Source: Candidatus Berkelbacteria bacterium RIFCSPLOWO2_01_FULL_50_28 (lineage in GTDB: Bacteria; Patescibacteriota; UBA1384; 2-12-FULL-50-11). From it: a stretch of DNA of 64,000 nt. The DNA is taken from positions 302,101 to 366,100 of the forward strand of contig MEZX01000002.1 in assembly GCA_001774395.1 (NCBI GenBank). The letters run 5' to 3'. Shown piece after piece: positions 59,801 through 64,000 of the stretch; within the stretch, counting starts at the first letter, position 1; the number at the start of each line of letters is the position of its first letter. The notes below the pieces were generated by a model. The model ran no database searches. It was given only the letters and a program-made list of their open reading frames with translations, and was not told the DNA's origin. The translations under genes and the position numbers were made by a program.

Positions 59801-60981
59801 GAAGCCGAGTCAACGGAGGCGGGGCCGAGTTCAAATAAAAACGGTGAGATGTTAGGGGTTTTGAAGGAATAAGTGAGGGAGTAAGTTTGACCGGCCTTGG
59901 CATCGATTGTCCAGTGTAGTTTAGTTGGGCTATCTGCGGTCTTTGTTACCTTCGCTTCTGTATCTTTAATCTCAAAATTATTTGGTACAAATTCATCCAA
60001 ACCGTAACTGCCGTCTTTGGTGGCTTCGAAATTGAGGGTGTAGTCGTAATCGACGGGTGGATAGGTTCGGGTGGCGCCGACGCGTTGGAGATAGAAATCT
60101 TGATTGGCTTTGACGCTAAACTGGTCGTGGAGGGTGCGAGTGCCTTCTCCGGCCTTAGCAATGATTTTAACTTTGTAGTTGCCCTCAGCTTTTGGTTGAT
60201 AGTTGGCCTCGTAGTCGGGGCGATCAGTTTTACCGTAAACTTCACAGTCTTTATTGACTCGAACGGTGCCGTTGGCAGTGTCGAGGGTGGTGATTTTGCC
60301 GTTTGGGTCAGTGACCTCAACGGTCATTGCGGCCGTACAAACCATTTTGCCCCTATCGTCGAGCACGGCCAGGCTAAAGAAAGCCTCTTTGCCAACTGGA
60401 TAGACGGCGTAGTCAGGGTTGAAAGCTAACACGCCCCAGAGAACTTTTTGGTCGTTGACCACTTGATCGGTATTTTTCTTGAGGGTTTTGATATCGTAGG
60501 CGCCGGGTGAAAGCTGCTGATTGTTGTCGCTAATCTTTATTTCATCTGGGCTAGCAGTGTCAATCTTGACTTGGTCAGTGATTGTCTCGCCACCAACAGC
60601 TTTAGTTAGAGAGATTTCGGTTTCGCCGACGGCTGTCTTCGGTTGCTCTAATTTAACAGTGTCTTCGGCCGAAACAACTTCGTAATTACCCTTGAAATAC
60701 TCGTTGGGTTGGCTACTACGAGCGGCGACCTCCGCAACGGGAATAAACTGCGGATCAAGTTGGATAGTCTCGGCAACCGTGGTCTGGCTGACGTTGTTAG
60801 AATTAACAACTTCGTTAAGTTGGGCGCGAATTGGTCCAAAGAAGGCCAGCACCCCCAAACCGATGACGAGGGCGAACAGAAAAGAGAAAAACCTGACCGG
60901 TCGAAGGGCATATTCAGACAACACAGTTGCCCGCGTCTGTCGGAATATTCCGTCAAGTCGAGTTTTTCCTGGTATTGGCAT
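47893..60981 (-). CDS. giant membrane-anchored modular surface protein (4,362 aa), paralog of the 27.9-kb gene
   Basis: ATG at 60981, preceded by GGGGAGAGGGGGAG. N-terminal KTRLDGIFR motif plus TM. Same beta-helix-like repeat vocabulary as the larger giant (GGNYSNSGTFTA..., LTGGTFEQRVGAAKNFGTTSGS...). Shared C-terminal domain ending YVITATFP. Confidence 0.7.
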   Translation of the reverse strand: MPIPGKTRLDGIFRQTRATVLSEYALRPVRFFSFLFALVIGLGVLAFFGPIRAQLNEVVNSNNVSQTTVAETIQLDPQFIPVAEVAARSSQPNEYFKGNYEVVSAEDTVKLEQPKTAVGETEISLTKAVGGETITDQVKIDTASPDEIKISDNNQQLSPGAYDIKTLKKNTDQVVNDQKVLWGVLAFNPDYAVYPVGKEAFFSLAVLDDRGKMVCTAAMTVEVTDPNGKITTLDTANGTVRVNKDCEVYGKTDRPDYEANYQPKAEGNYKVKIIAKAGEGTRTLHDQFSVKANQDFYLQRVGATRTYPPVDYDYTLNFEATKDGSYGLDEFVPNNFEIKDTEAKVTKTADSPTKLHWTIDAKAGQTYSLTYSFKTPNISPFLFELGPASVDSASVATSAKEATTAGKPAEIENSSIENSLKTDSDEAQRRSYGGEVRQNSKIENSTKWVEPRSWLIASDNACQSAATGNWSDALSWTNCGFTTPQAGDTVQILNTHNITEDTASVTVAGVTIDNGGTLTVSTTNAITVSGNWSNSGTFTAASGTVTFSSTATGKTLGGTMTGATGKFYNLTFNGAAGGWTFSNAVEVANDFNGTNGAITAGNQNLTVTRDFTLANTAGVSYTAGSSTLNIARHYNDTGDKFAHDTSTVIMSGTGTFTSASGSQYYNLQWGSSGFTTTISTNSFDVYNVLTFNGGTVAEGGSSWLNLHCTISCTPVVFASATTLTGNRDLYFRPDAASLTITIPGGNYGSWGVDTYTASNSNTWQLGGNVTTTGVMKLQAANGVTGSAFTTTASNYSITALLFSIADCAPTRTGSWAVSFNASVVSLTSTTDALYVGPNCGTHTLNLGSSSVSIAGNLKYKDGTGVITVTPGTSTVTFNAVATGKTITSNAQSFYNIIFNGSGGGWTLQDAMSVTNNFDITNGTLDTNSTFNYALTVGGNFTGNSGTWTLNERNSTITVSGNWNTSAIAQDSVNIVEGGSTVIMDGTGTKTITTGATNTWEGRFWNLNVGQAVGKTTQMQQSFAVENVLTLGAGTFDLNSKTFFMASPPTNPLSLAGTWGTGNGSLYFHGGSANVNLLAYTYNSGLVNSLPNTYSLIFQGTTTFTGNLTVSDCCSRANITNLNGQTVTFNGSVTFSQSQGILTMGAANLTVKGSWTNSIGGTFNADTGTVDFAATSGTQTIISGGTGSTKQFYNLTHSGASTLSLSTNAVQVANDLSNTGGTMSGSVDVTVNGSATGVGAITMSGSSTFTQRVAAAENFGTTSGSSAWTFVSLTFSNSHASSPFTVTTQTGGSGGITVSSILRVGASGDAAGATTTLNAGNRTWTLSGAAGDPFQVLASPAGSLTGSTSTFAYRGENGAGNTTIERGGAGSYFNLDIGCSAICSFDTYVLEEATTATGNLTIQASAILDAVSGSNWGLTIGGNYLNSGTFTARSGTVTFNATDTGNTLGGTLSGSSSFYNLIFNGAAGEWTPSAAVNINGDITMTAGTLLGTQNVTANSNVAGTAGAFSLTGGTFLQTAAASKNFGTTSGSTAWTFSSLSFSNTGVSGITFTTQTGGSGGITVSGILKVGVSGDAGTATLDAGNRIWTLSGTGGDPFQLLASPAGALTGGTSKLYYTGANAGGNTTIQSMTSSYYDLELNAADTFVLEGDTVVTNNLTITHASAILDVTVSNYALTIGNNYSNSGTFTAQSGTITFNATDTGNTLAGTMTSASAFYNLTFNGSGGEWTPSAAVTATNDLTMTAGSLLGTQDLSVGDGGADPDLTGNGTINLTGGTLTLGGSGAVLFGGNTAWTFNNLSLTASYSAGTAIAATGSGGITVSGIFTLDATADTLSFDADAKTYTLSGTNGNPFVFTASPTFTATTSTFTFTGNNGAGNTIIQSTTYYNLTPNNGSEIYVLEAATITSNNLTITAGTLDVTAGNFALTIGGSYSNSGTFLANSGTVTFNATTTGKTLTGTMTGATGKFYVLTFNGVGGGWTYGAAVETASNFNLTNGTVDADSTGNYALTVAGDLTFSSGTTYKAQASTITVSGNWTQSNSTWTTQATGYGTSIVVLSGTTKTITTNGGSGTHFNKLTISGGAIYTQTATDIHVISDLNIQGTLNSVAGCAQAIYYDGGTGTTLTIAGTIGGSGGCFHVTNATPTYSYTGTISVPNFYYSMTGSTTIPAYTYAGNLYFRPASGTQTYTIGAGTMNVYTFVTTNNITGALTIDNTVNNTAWIVTALFRFTSTAGTVAMSLGSASYAIGSNWENLDTAVITPGTSTVTMGNATADGDMTSAGQSFYNLIIDDTGDDITIVDALTVTNDLTITAGDLNGTQNVTVSGNVAGTAGTITMTGGTFEQRVGAAKNFGTTSGSTAWTFYDLTFSNPNSPICAAFFITTQTGGSGGITVSDVMRIGKAADGCGTYFDAGNRTWTLSGTTGDSFQILASPAGSLTAASSTFTYTGNNGAGSTTIQSATYYDLIPNNSSETFVLEGTTGTGRDLTVTNGSLDTTGSNYAVNVARDLTLANTAGVVLIGNGSTITVGNDFNDTGNKFTEGTASTVNMTGTADNTGTLNSASQMYNLQLAGSGKTITVGTSMNQVNGVMTLNGGTVSQAASYINLAGSISKTPLVFGAATTLTGGSVMSFLINGGAGSTFTMAGGNYGNWAIEPYATANNSIYNFAGDITTTGSVYVAANTAVTGTTVNTQNFALTAATLQFGDGNAGRDGPVAVGFGSSTVTLSSTTNSILPHATYGGTSSTLNLGSSSVTVSGAVLFINGTPAITVTPGTSTITWVHTSGSKTYAPNGQSLYNVILNGSGGTVTPSGAVIITNDLTITLGTFDTTTSNHAVNVTRDVAIAGSASAVFRARTSTITVSRHWTVDLNGVFTRDSSTVQLNGDGNIAGTGTTQFENLTVAYNTKTTTMTRARTDVFGILTIGDASGGTMTCSVTCEFELFRTAGADLVLGTGATLSGSNATFQLRKLSAATVTVTGATNYGTWSILMHSDVAGLVTFNVGGNITTSGYTQVKADATGTATFNTQNYTINADKWVQGDSTDNGATSSNWGSSTATFNRASATDTFYVNSNGGTHTANFQTAFISATGHVKFVNGTGTLAVDDGTSTFTFAPSTGTSTYSPNSQTLYNVIVNGAATVQPDAAVAIANDLTMTAGTLNGTQNITVNGNVAGTSGVISLTGGTFEQRVGVNKNFGTTSGSTAWTFYDLTFSNSLGAPAAGRTITTQTGGSGGITVSDILRVGKSGDSSGATTTLDAGNRTWTLSGTTGDSFQLLASPAGALTAATSTFAYTGNNAGGNSTVQSATYHHLTVNNGSEVYVLEEATLTDNGGNLTITAGEFDVTATPYALTVGGNWSNSGTFTARTGTVTFSSTSTGRTLTGTMTGGSALYNIIFNGSGGGWTLQDAMSVTNNFDITNGTFDTNTTFNYALTIGGNLTGNAGTWSLTERASIITVSGNWDTSAVAQDSVSIVEGTSTVVMNGTGTKTIKNGSTNAWEPRFYNLTVGQSGNTTQLITNNGAAHNGTFTLGTGTFDFNSKGMNKTGGSFSLDPAGTFGLGNGSIDFSGSANFTLPAFTYNTTITDNISTGYKISLAGTTTITGSLRFGWGNSRNSEFDTANQTLTVGTFIVAGNTGAPIFTAGSSTVYVGTNFTNESNAVFNAGTSTFIFNATATSKTIQSAGDSFYNLTFSGSGGGWAPQDALVVTNDLTMTAGSLLGTQNITVNGNVAGTAGIINLTGGTFTQSVAGAKNFGTTSGSTAWTFSSLTFTASPAATITTQTGGTGDITVSSVMSISSAATTFDGGNRTYHLTGSGTPFSKTGLFTANASTISYENTTSANITSGCGTRAYYNLQTSPASGTPTYTMTTSATSFLAGTQVLTPTGSTPIEELKEGDLVKSYDLSSNQVVISPVVGTVIGTKDAYYIINNQVQATANHVFIMADHSSKAVEELRVGDLLATYSGTEPITSIQKVSETVTVYDIEVDTYNLFYANSYLVHNACAGTEVLGNFTLTGAGSAVVNAETSDPAITVTGNLTIGANQTYQASSAATFAIKGNYANSGTFTANTGTTTLSGTSTQTLSGGMLTTNAFYDLTITNSSGTIASDCERTGWVAGVDFNAAATVTNNYTITTASVKVEYESGATYTINNMNWNGQAVGTRLYFRNSAITGSWLLNVAAVGNDQIKTSYVNVSRSDASGGSTIIASDGTNTDCGNTVNWIFGQTLTLGLDSTSKDFGTINPGSNPSDQTSTLTASSNALNGYVVYAWSTQAMTNVRFGGVTLADWTGTNATPTTFSAGSYGFGYSTDDSSLTGGTADRFTNGGAKFAGFSHTGPGDPVADRTAPATGATNDITYRLYPSNTQANGDYTADVVYVITATFP
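49034..49413 (-). other. Hint (hedgehog/intein) domain embedded in the giant protein; bacterial intein-like (BIL) domain or mini-intein
   Basis: S-FLAGTQVLTPTG...IEELKEGDLV...VYDIEVDTYNLFYANSYLVHN, followed by A-C. About 128 aa. Interrupts the YYNL...TYT...LT(V/G) repeat unit. Local GC is visibly lower than the flanks. Confidence 0.6.
59655..59750. repeat. copy of the ~100-bp intergenic repeat element, lying in-frame inside the giant CDS
   Basis: AATTTTGTCGGACTTCGCCTCCATAGCTTCTTCGC...GCTATCAGTTTTCAATGAATTTTCAATGCTTGAATTTTCAAT aligns with 3370..3475. Encodes a low-complexity linker with three IENS units. Confidence 0.7.
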
Positions 60982-60989
60982 ACCCTAAT

Positions 60990-61034
60990 ACTCCCCCTCT
61001 CCCCTGTAAGTGGATATAAACAAACCCTCCATGT
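60990..61034 (-). promoter_or_regulatory. conserved 45-nt leader/promoter-proximal element, copy upstream of the 13-kb giant gene
   Basis: Near-identical to 41845..41889. Followed upstream by the TTTGAACCTGTTAA...TTGACGAC box at 61062..61089. Confidence 0.5.
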
Positions 61035-61061
61035 AGATTAACAATGCCTAATTTCTGTGGG

Positions 61062-61089
61062 GTCGTCAACCTGATTTAACAGGTTCAAA
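61062..61089 (-). promoter_or_regulatory. shared upstream box TTTGAACCTGTTAA-N6-TTGACGAC, copy before the giant gene
   Basis: Matches 42442..42468. A -35-like TTGACG lies 17 nt before CATTGT. Confidence 0.4.
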
Positions 61090-61146
61090 ATTAGTTGACG
61101 ATTGATCAAAAAAAAGCTGTCTGGTTGGGTCTTGAGAGTTGGCTAT

Positions 61147-61695
61147 TTACTTCTTTTCCACCCGGGTGTAGCTGGCGGTGAGTTTGGTTTTGGCAATCGA
61201 GTTGTCTTCGATTTCTTTCTTCGCTTCGGCCAGGCCGGCATCGGAAGTAATTGAGAGAGAATTATTTTCGATGGCGTAGAGGGTGAAGGTGTAATCGTGG
61301 GCTTCGCCTTCTGGCGGGCAAGGTCCGCCGTAAGCAAAGTTGCCAAAAATGTTACGACCGATCGTGCCAGGTGGACGAATACCTTGGGTAAATTTCGTGG
61401 TTCCGATCGGAATATTCCAAACCGTCATATGGGCTAGAAAAGGGGAGTCCTTGTACTGGTTCTTATCCAAGTCTTGGTCTTCGACGATAAAGGCTAAAGA
61501 CTTGGCTTTTTTGGGGATATTGCCGATAGTGAACTCCGGGCTAAGATTGTCACCGTCACAGGTAAACTGGGTGGGCAGTTGATCACCAGTTTTGAAAGAA
61601 GGGCTCCGGAGCTTGAAACTAGTCTCGGATCTGGCGACGCGCTGACTATTCCAAGCTAAGCCGGAGATTCCAATTATCACTAGCAAAATCAGCAT
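61147..61695 (-). CDS. YbhB/YbcL (PEBP/Raf-kinase-inhibitor-like) family protein with N-terminal TM anchor
   Basis: FTCDGDNLSPEF, AKSLAFIVEDQD, GRNIFGNFAYGGPCPPEG..HDYTFTLYAI. Start trimmed to MLILLVIIGISG; the longer ORF to 61851 is possible. Confidence 0.6.
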   Translation of the reverse strand: MLILLVIIGISGLAWNSQRVARSETSFKLRSPSFKTGDQLPTQFTCDGDNLSPEFTIGNIPKKAKSLAFIVEDQDLDKNQYKDSPFLAHMTVWNIPIGTTKFTQGIRPPGTIGRNIFGNFAYGGPCPPEGEAHDYTFTLYAIENNSLSITSDAGLAEAKKEIEDNSIAKTKLTASYTRVEKK

Positions 61696-61904
61696 GGCGA
61701 TGTTGTAAGGGTTCCGTAGAAAGTGCCCAATCCATCTCTGTGGTCGTCTGGGTCGCCAGGTCAAAAAAACGGTTAGGCGTGTAAGTCTCGGTAGCGTTAG
61801 TTTTGGAAGCCTTATTCTTGGCAACTGCATAACTTCAAGTAACCCGAACACGCAAAGAAGTTCAAGCTTTATGGTTGGAACATTTTCGGGTAAAATTAGG
61901 CGCG

Positions 61905-63095
61905 ATGAAACTTATGAGCCAAAGGTTGGCGAAAAGTCGCCTGAAGTTTGACGTAGAACTAACCGCCGAGGAAGTGGCGGTGCATTTTAAACACGCCCTT
62001 GAGCACTTAGCCACAACGGTCAAGGTCTCTGGTTTTCGTCCAGGCAAAGCGCCGGCCAATTTAGTTAAAGAACAGATTGACCCCTCTAAGTTACGTGAGG
62101 AAGCCTATAGCTTAGCGGTGCAGTCCGCCTGGCGCAAAATACTCGAAGATCTCAAAGAGCTTCCGATCCAGGACCCTGAAGTTGACTTGGTTGAGTTTGT
62201 GGAAGGGAAGAGCGCCAAACTTGCTTTGGAATTCGACATCCGCCCAGAGGTGAAAGTCGGAAATTACTCTAAAATAAAACTACCGAAAATTAAGGGTGAA
62301 GAGGCGAGTGACAAAGAGGTAGAGGTGCTGATGAACTCGTTGCGACGAGCGCACGCTAAAACTGTTGCCAAAATGGCGCCGGCAAGTTTGGGTGATAAGG
62401 TTCATGTGGACTTTGGGGGCTCTATAAAAGGGGTGCGCAAAGACAAGCTGACCAGTAAAAATTTCCCACTGGTTTTGGGCCACGCTAACACCATTCCCGG
62501 GTTTGACCAGCAGCTAGTGGGATTGAAAAAGGGTGACAAAAAAACTTTTACGCTCCACTTTCCAAAAGACCACTTCGATAAAGAGCTTGCTGGCCAAGCG
62601 GTAGATTTCAATGCGGAAATCCAGGAGGTATTTGACGTTATTCTACCAGAGATAGACACGGAGTTTGCCAAGAGCTTCGGCCATACAAAACCCGAACAGC
62701 TAACAAAAGCAATGCGTGAAGATATCACCCGAAGAAAGACCGAAGAAAACTTCACTCTCCAGAAGGCGAAGTGGCTCTCCGAATTTGAAAAGTTAGTGAA
62801 ATGCGAGCTACCAAAGACGTTAGTTGAGGCAGAAGTGGATCGTTCACGTGAGGCTTGGCAGAAGTTTCTAACAGATCGGCTTCTCAAACAGGATCAATGG
62901 CTTAAAGACAGGGGAATGACGCTGGAACAGCTGGAAACCGACTGGACCAAGGCAGCTCAAGCTTCAGTAAGAATTGGTTTGGGTCTGGCCGAAGCGGCGA
63001 AAGCGATGAAAAGAGAGCTCAAATCGAACGAAGAGTTCCAGGGCTTGCTCGATGAGTTAGTGAAGAAAGCAATTGACCCCGCACTAAACAGCTAA
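61905..63095 (+). CDS. tig: trigger factor
   Basis: GFRPGKAP motif ~43 aa from the chosen start MKLMSQ. PPIase-like middle and C-terminal domains. Followed by clpP. Confidence 0.8.
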   Translation: MKLMSQRLAKSRLKFDVELTAEEVAVHFKHALEHLATTVKVSGFRPGKAPANLVKEQIDPSKLREEAYSLAVQSAWRKILEDLKELPIQDPEVDLVEFVEGKSAKLALEFDIRPEVKVGNYSKIKLPKIKGEEASDKEVEVLMNSLRRAHAKTVAKMAPASLGDKVHVDFGGSIKGVRKDKLTSKNFPLVLGHANTIPGFDQQLVGLKKGDKKTFTLHFPKDHFDKELAGQAVDFNAEIQEVFDVILPEIDTEFAKSFGHTKPEQLTKAMREDITRRKTEENFTLQKAKWLSEFEKLVKCELPKTLVEAEVDRSREAWQKFLTDRLLKQDQWLKDRGMTLEQLETDWTKAAQASVRIGLGLAEAAKAMKRELKSNEEFQGLLDELVKKAIDPALNS

Positions 63096-63204
63096 ACTTT
63101 TGCCCCCAACTCTTAGCTAGCTCAGCGGACTTGGCTCCATTTCTGGAGATTCCATAGGAGTATCGTCTAAACAAAAGTAAGGGTGAAGAGTTGTTAGTTG
63201 TTAA

Positions 63205-63217
63205 GTGCGGGGTTGAC
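63205..63217 (+). promoter_or_regulatory. GTGCGGGGTTGAC motif copy ~30 nt upstream of clpP
   Basis: Exact 13-mer shared with 5957..5970. Contains a -35-like TTGACT. Confidence 0.4.
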
Positions 63218-63248
63218 TTCTGTAAAGGGAACTTTACAATTTCTGTAA

Positions 63249-63854
63249 ATGTCTAGAGAAATCCAGAACCAAATACTCGTACCCATGGTTATCGAGAAAA
63301 CGCCGTTTGGTGAACGGGCGTATGACATCTATTCGCGGTTGCTTAAAGACCGAATTATTTTTGTTGGCGGTGGTATCGATGATCACGTTGCGAACCTTAT
63401 TATGGCGCAGCTTCTCTTTTTGGAGAGCGAGAACGACAAGAAGGATATTCAGATTTACGTTAACAGTCACGGCGGCTCGGTGCCGGCAGGTTTGGCAATT
63501 TACGACACGATGCAGCATATCAAGCCAGATGTATCGACGATTTGTATCGGCATGGCCGCTTCGATGGGAGCGTTTCTGCTTGCCGGCGGCGCTAAGGGCA
63601 AGCGCTTTGCTTTGCCGAACGCTCGGATAATGACGCATCAGCTTATGGTTTCCGGCCTTGAGGGCCAGGCGAGTGATATAGAGATTGAAGCCCGCGAAGT
63701 GCTGCGAATGAAAAAACTCATGAACGAAATCCTGGCCAAAAACACCGGTCAAAAACTCGAGAAAATCGAAAAAGACACCGACCGAAACAACTGGATGAGC
63801 CCTGACGAAGCCAAATCCTACGGTTTGATCGACAAAGTTCTCCAGAGCCCTTGA
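63249..63854 (+). CDS. clpP: ATP-dependent Clp protease proteolytic subunit
   Basis: Ser-His-Asp triad context: [24 protein letters not shown]. Arranged as tig-clpP. Confidence 0.9.
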   Translation: MSREIQNQILVPMVIEKTPFGERAYDIYSRLLKDRIIFVGGGIDDHVANLIMAQLLFLESENDKKDIQIYVNSHGGSVPAGLAIYDTMQHIKPDVSTICIGMAASMGAFLLAGGAKGKRFALPNARIMTHQLMVSGLEGQASDIEIEAREVLRMKKLMNEILAKNTGQKLEKIEKDTDRNNWMSPDEAKSYGLIDKVLQSP

Positions 63855-64000
63855 CGCCCGCCGTCGCGATCTATAGAATTAATATTACAATTTGTCTCTT
63901 TAACAACTGACACAACCGTCAGGTGAATATTTGGCGGTTGCAAGAATGCTACGGCGCGAGAGCGTCGTAGAGAGTTGACTCCACTGGGGTCAACTCAAGC

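Noticed and set aside
13145-60429. Dozens of 60-175-aa plus-strand ORFs inside the two giant minus-strand genes (for example 18324..18851, 52927..53370, 55349..55840)
   Set aside because: They lie antisense to long, repeat-rich coding sequence, have low-complexity V/P/T/A-rich translations, and show no RBS or conservation signal. They are expected artefacts of stop-poor GC-balanced repeats.
1-64000. tRNA, rRNA or alternative genetic code (TGA=Gly)
   Set aside because: No T-loop (GGTTCGA) or cloverleaf candidates were seen. Long ORFs terminate at TGA (for example the giant-gene stop at 13157-13159), which is consistent with the standard code.

Overview
This 64-kb window has three parts. Gene order and protein features suggest a reduced-genome, probably monoderm bacterium (likely CPR/Patescibacteria-like) that uses the standard genetic code, since TGA and TAA act as stops. 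GC is about 50% by eye.

(1) Housekeeping block, 1-10.2 kb. It holds prfA (minus strand), rpmE, rpsB, tsf, frr, rseP, proS, a small acidic ORF with a terminator, tpiA, two hypothetical genes and pgk. The conserved rpsB-tsf-(pyrH)-frr-(uppS-cdsA-dxr)-rseP-proS neighbourhood is present, but pyrH, uppS, cdsA and dxr are missing from it. EF-Ts is only 150 aa. ProRS lacks the editing insertion.

(2) Minus-strand cell-surface supercluster, about 51 kb (10.2-61.0 kb). It contains two giant genes: one of 27.9 kb (~9,300 aa) and one of 13.1 kb (4,362 aa). Both encode membrane-anchored modular proteins. Their modules include tandemly duplicated N-terminal domains, LamG-like jelly-roll domains, NosD-type parallel beta-helix repeat arrays, two different propeller-like repeat arrays, and hundreds of beta-helix-like 'GNYSNSGTFTA...' repeats. 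The smaller giant also carries a Hint (intein/hedgehog-like) domain. Each giant gene is followed by a cassette of ~400-aa secreted proteins that share the giants' C-terminal domain, which ends ...Y-x-x-T-G-T-F. Each cassette also has ~325-aa proteins with a signal peptide, a 'PGG(H/Q/Y)Y' beta-sandwich domain and a C-terminal TM anchor. This architecture resembles Firmicute WxL/Csc (DUF916/DUF3324 + WxL) surface-complex loci. Interspersed are two four-helix-bundle (Avd/23S-IVS family) genes, an NYN nuclease-like gene and a small GIY-YIG gene.

(3) Right end: a PEBP/YbhB-family gene, then tig and clpP.

Several families of short non-coding repeats recur in intergenic regions. These include 'AAAATTGTAAATTGTAAATTGA', 'GTGCGGGGTTGAC', a ~100-bp element and a 45-bp conserved leader. 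Two of the families also lie inside coding sequence. No rRNA, tRNA or CRISPR array was found. All plus-strand ORFs inside the giant genes are antisense artefacts.
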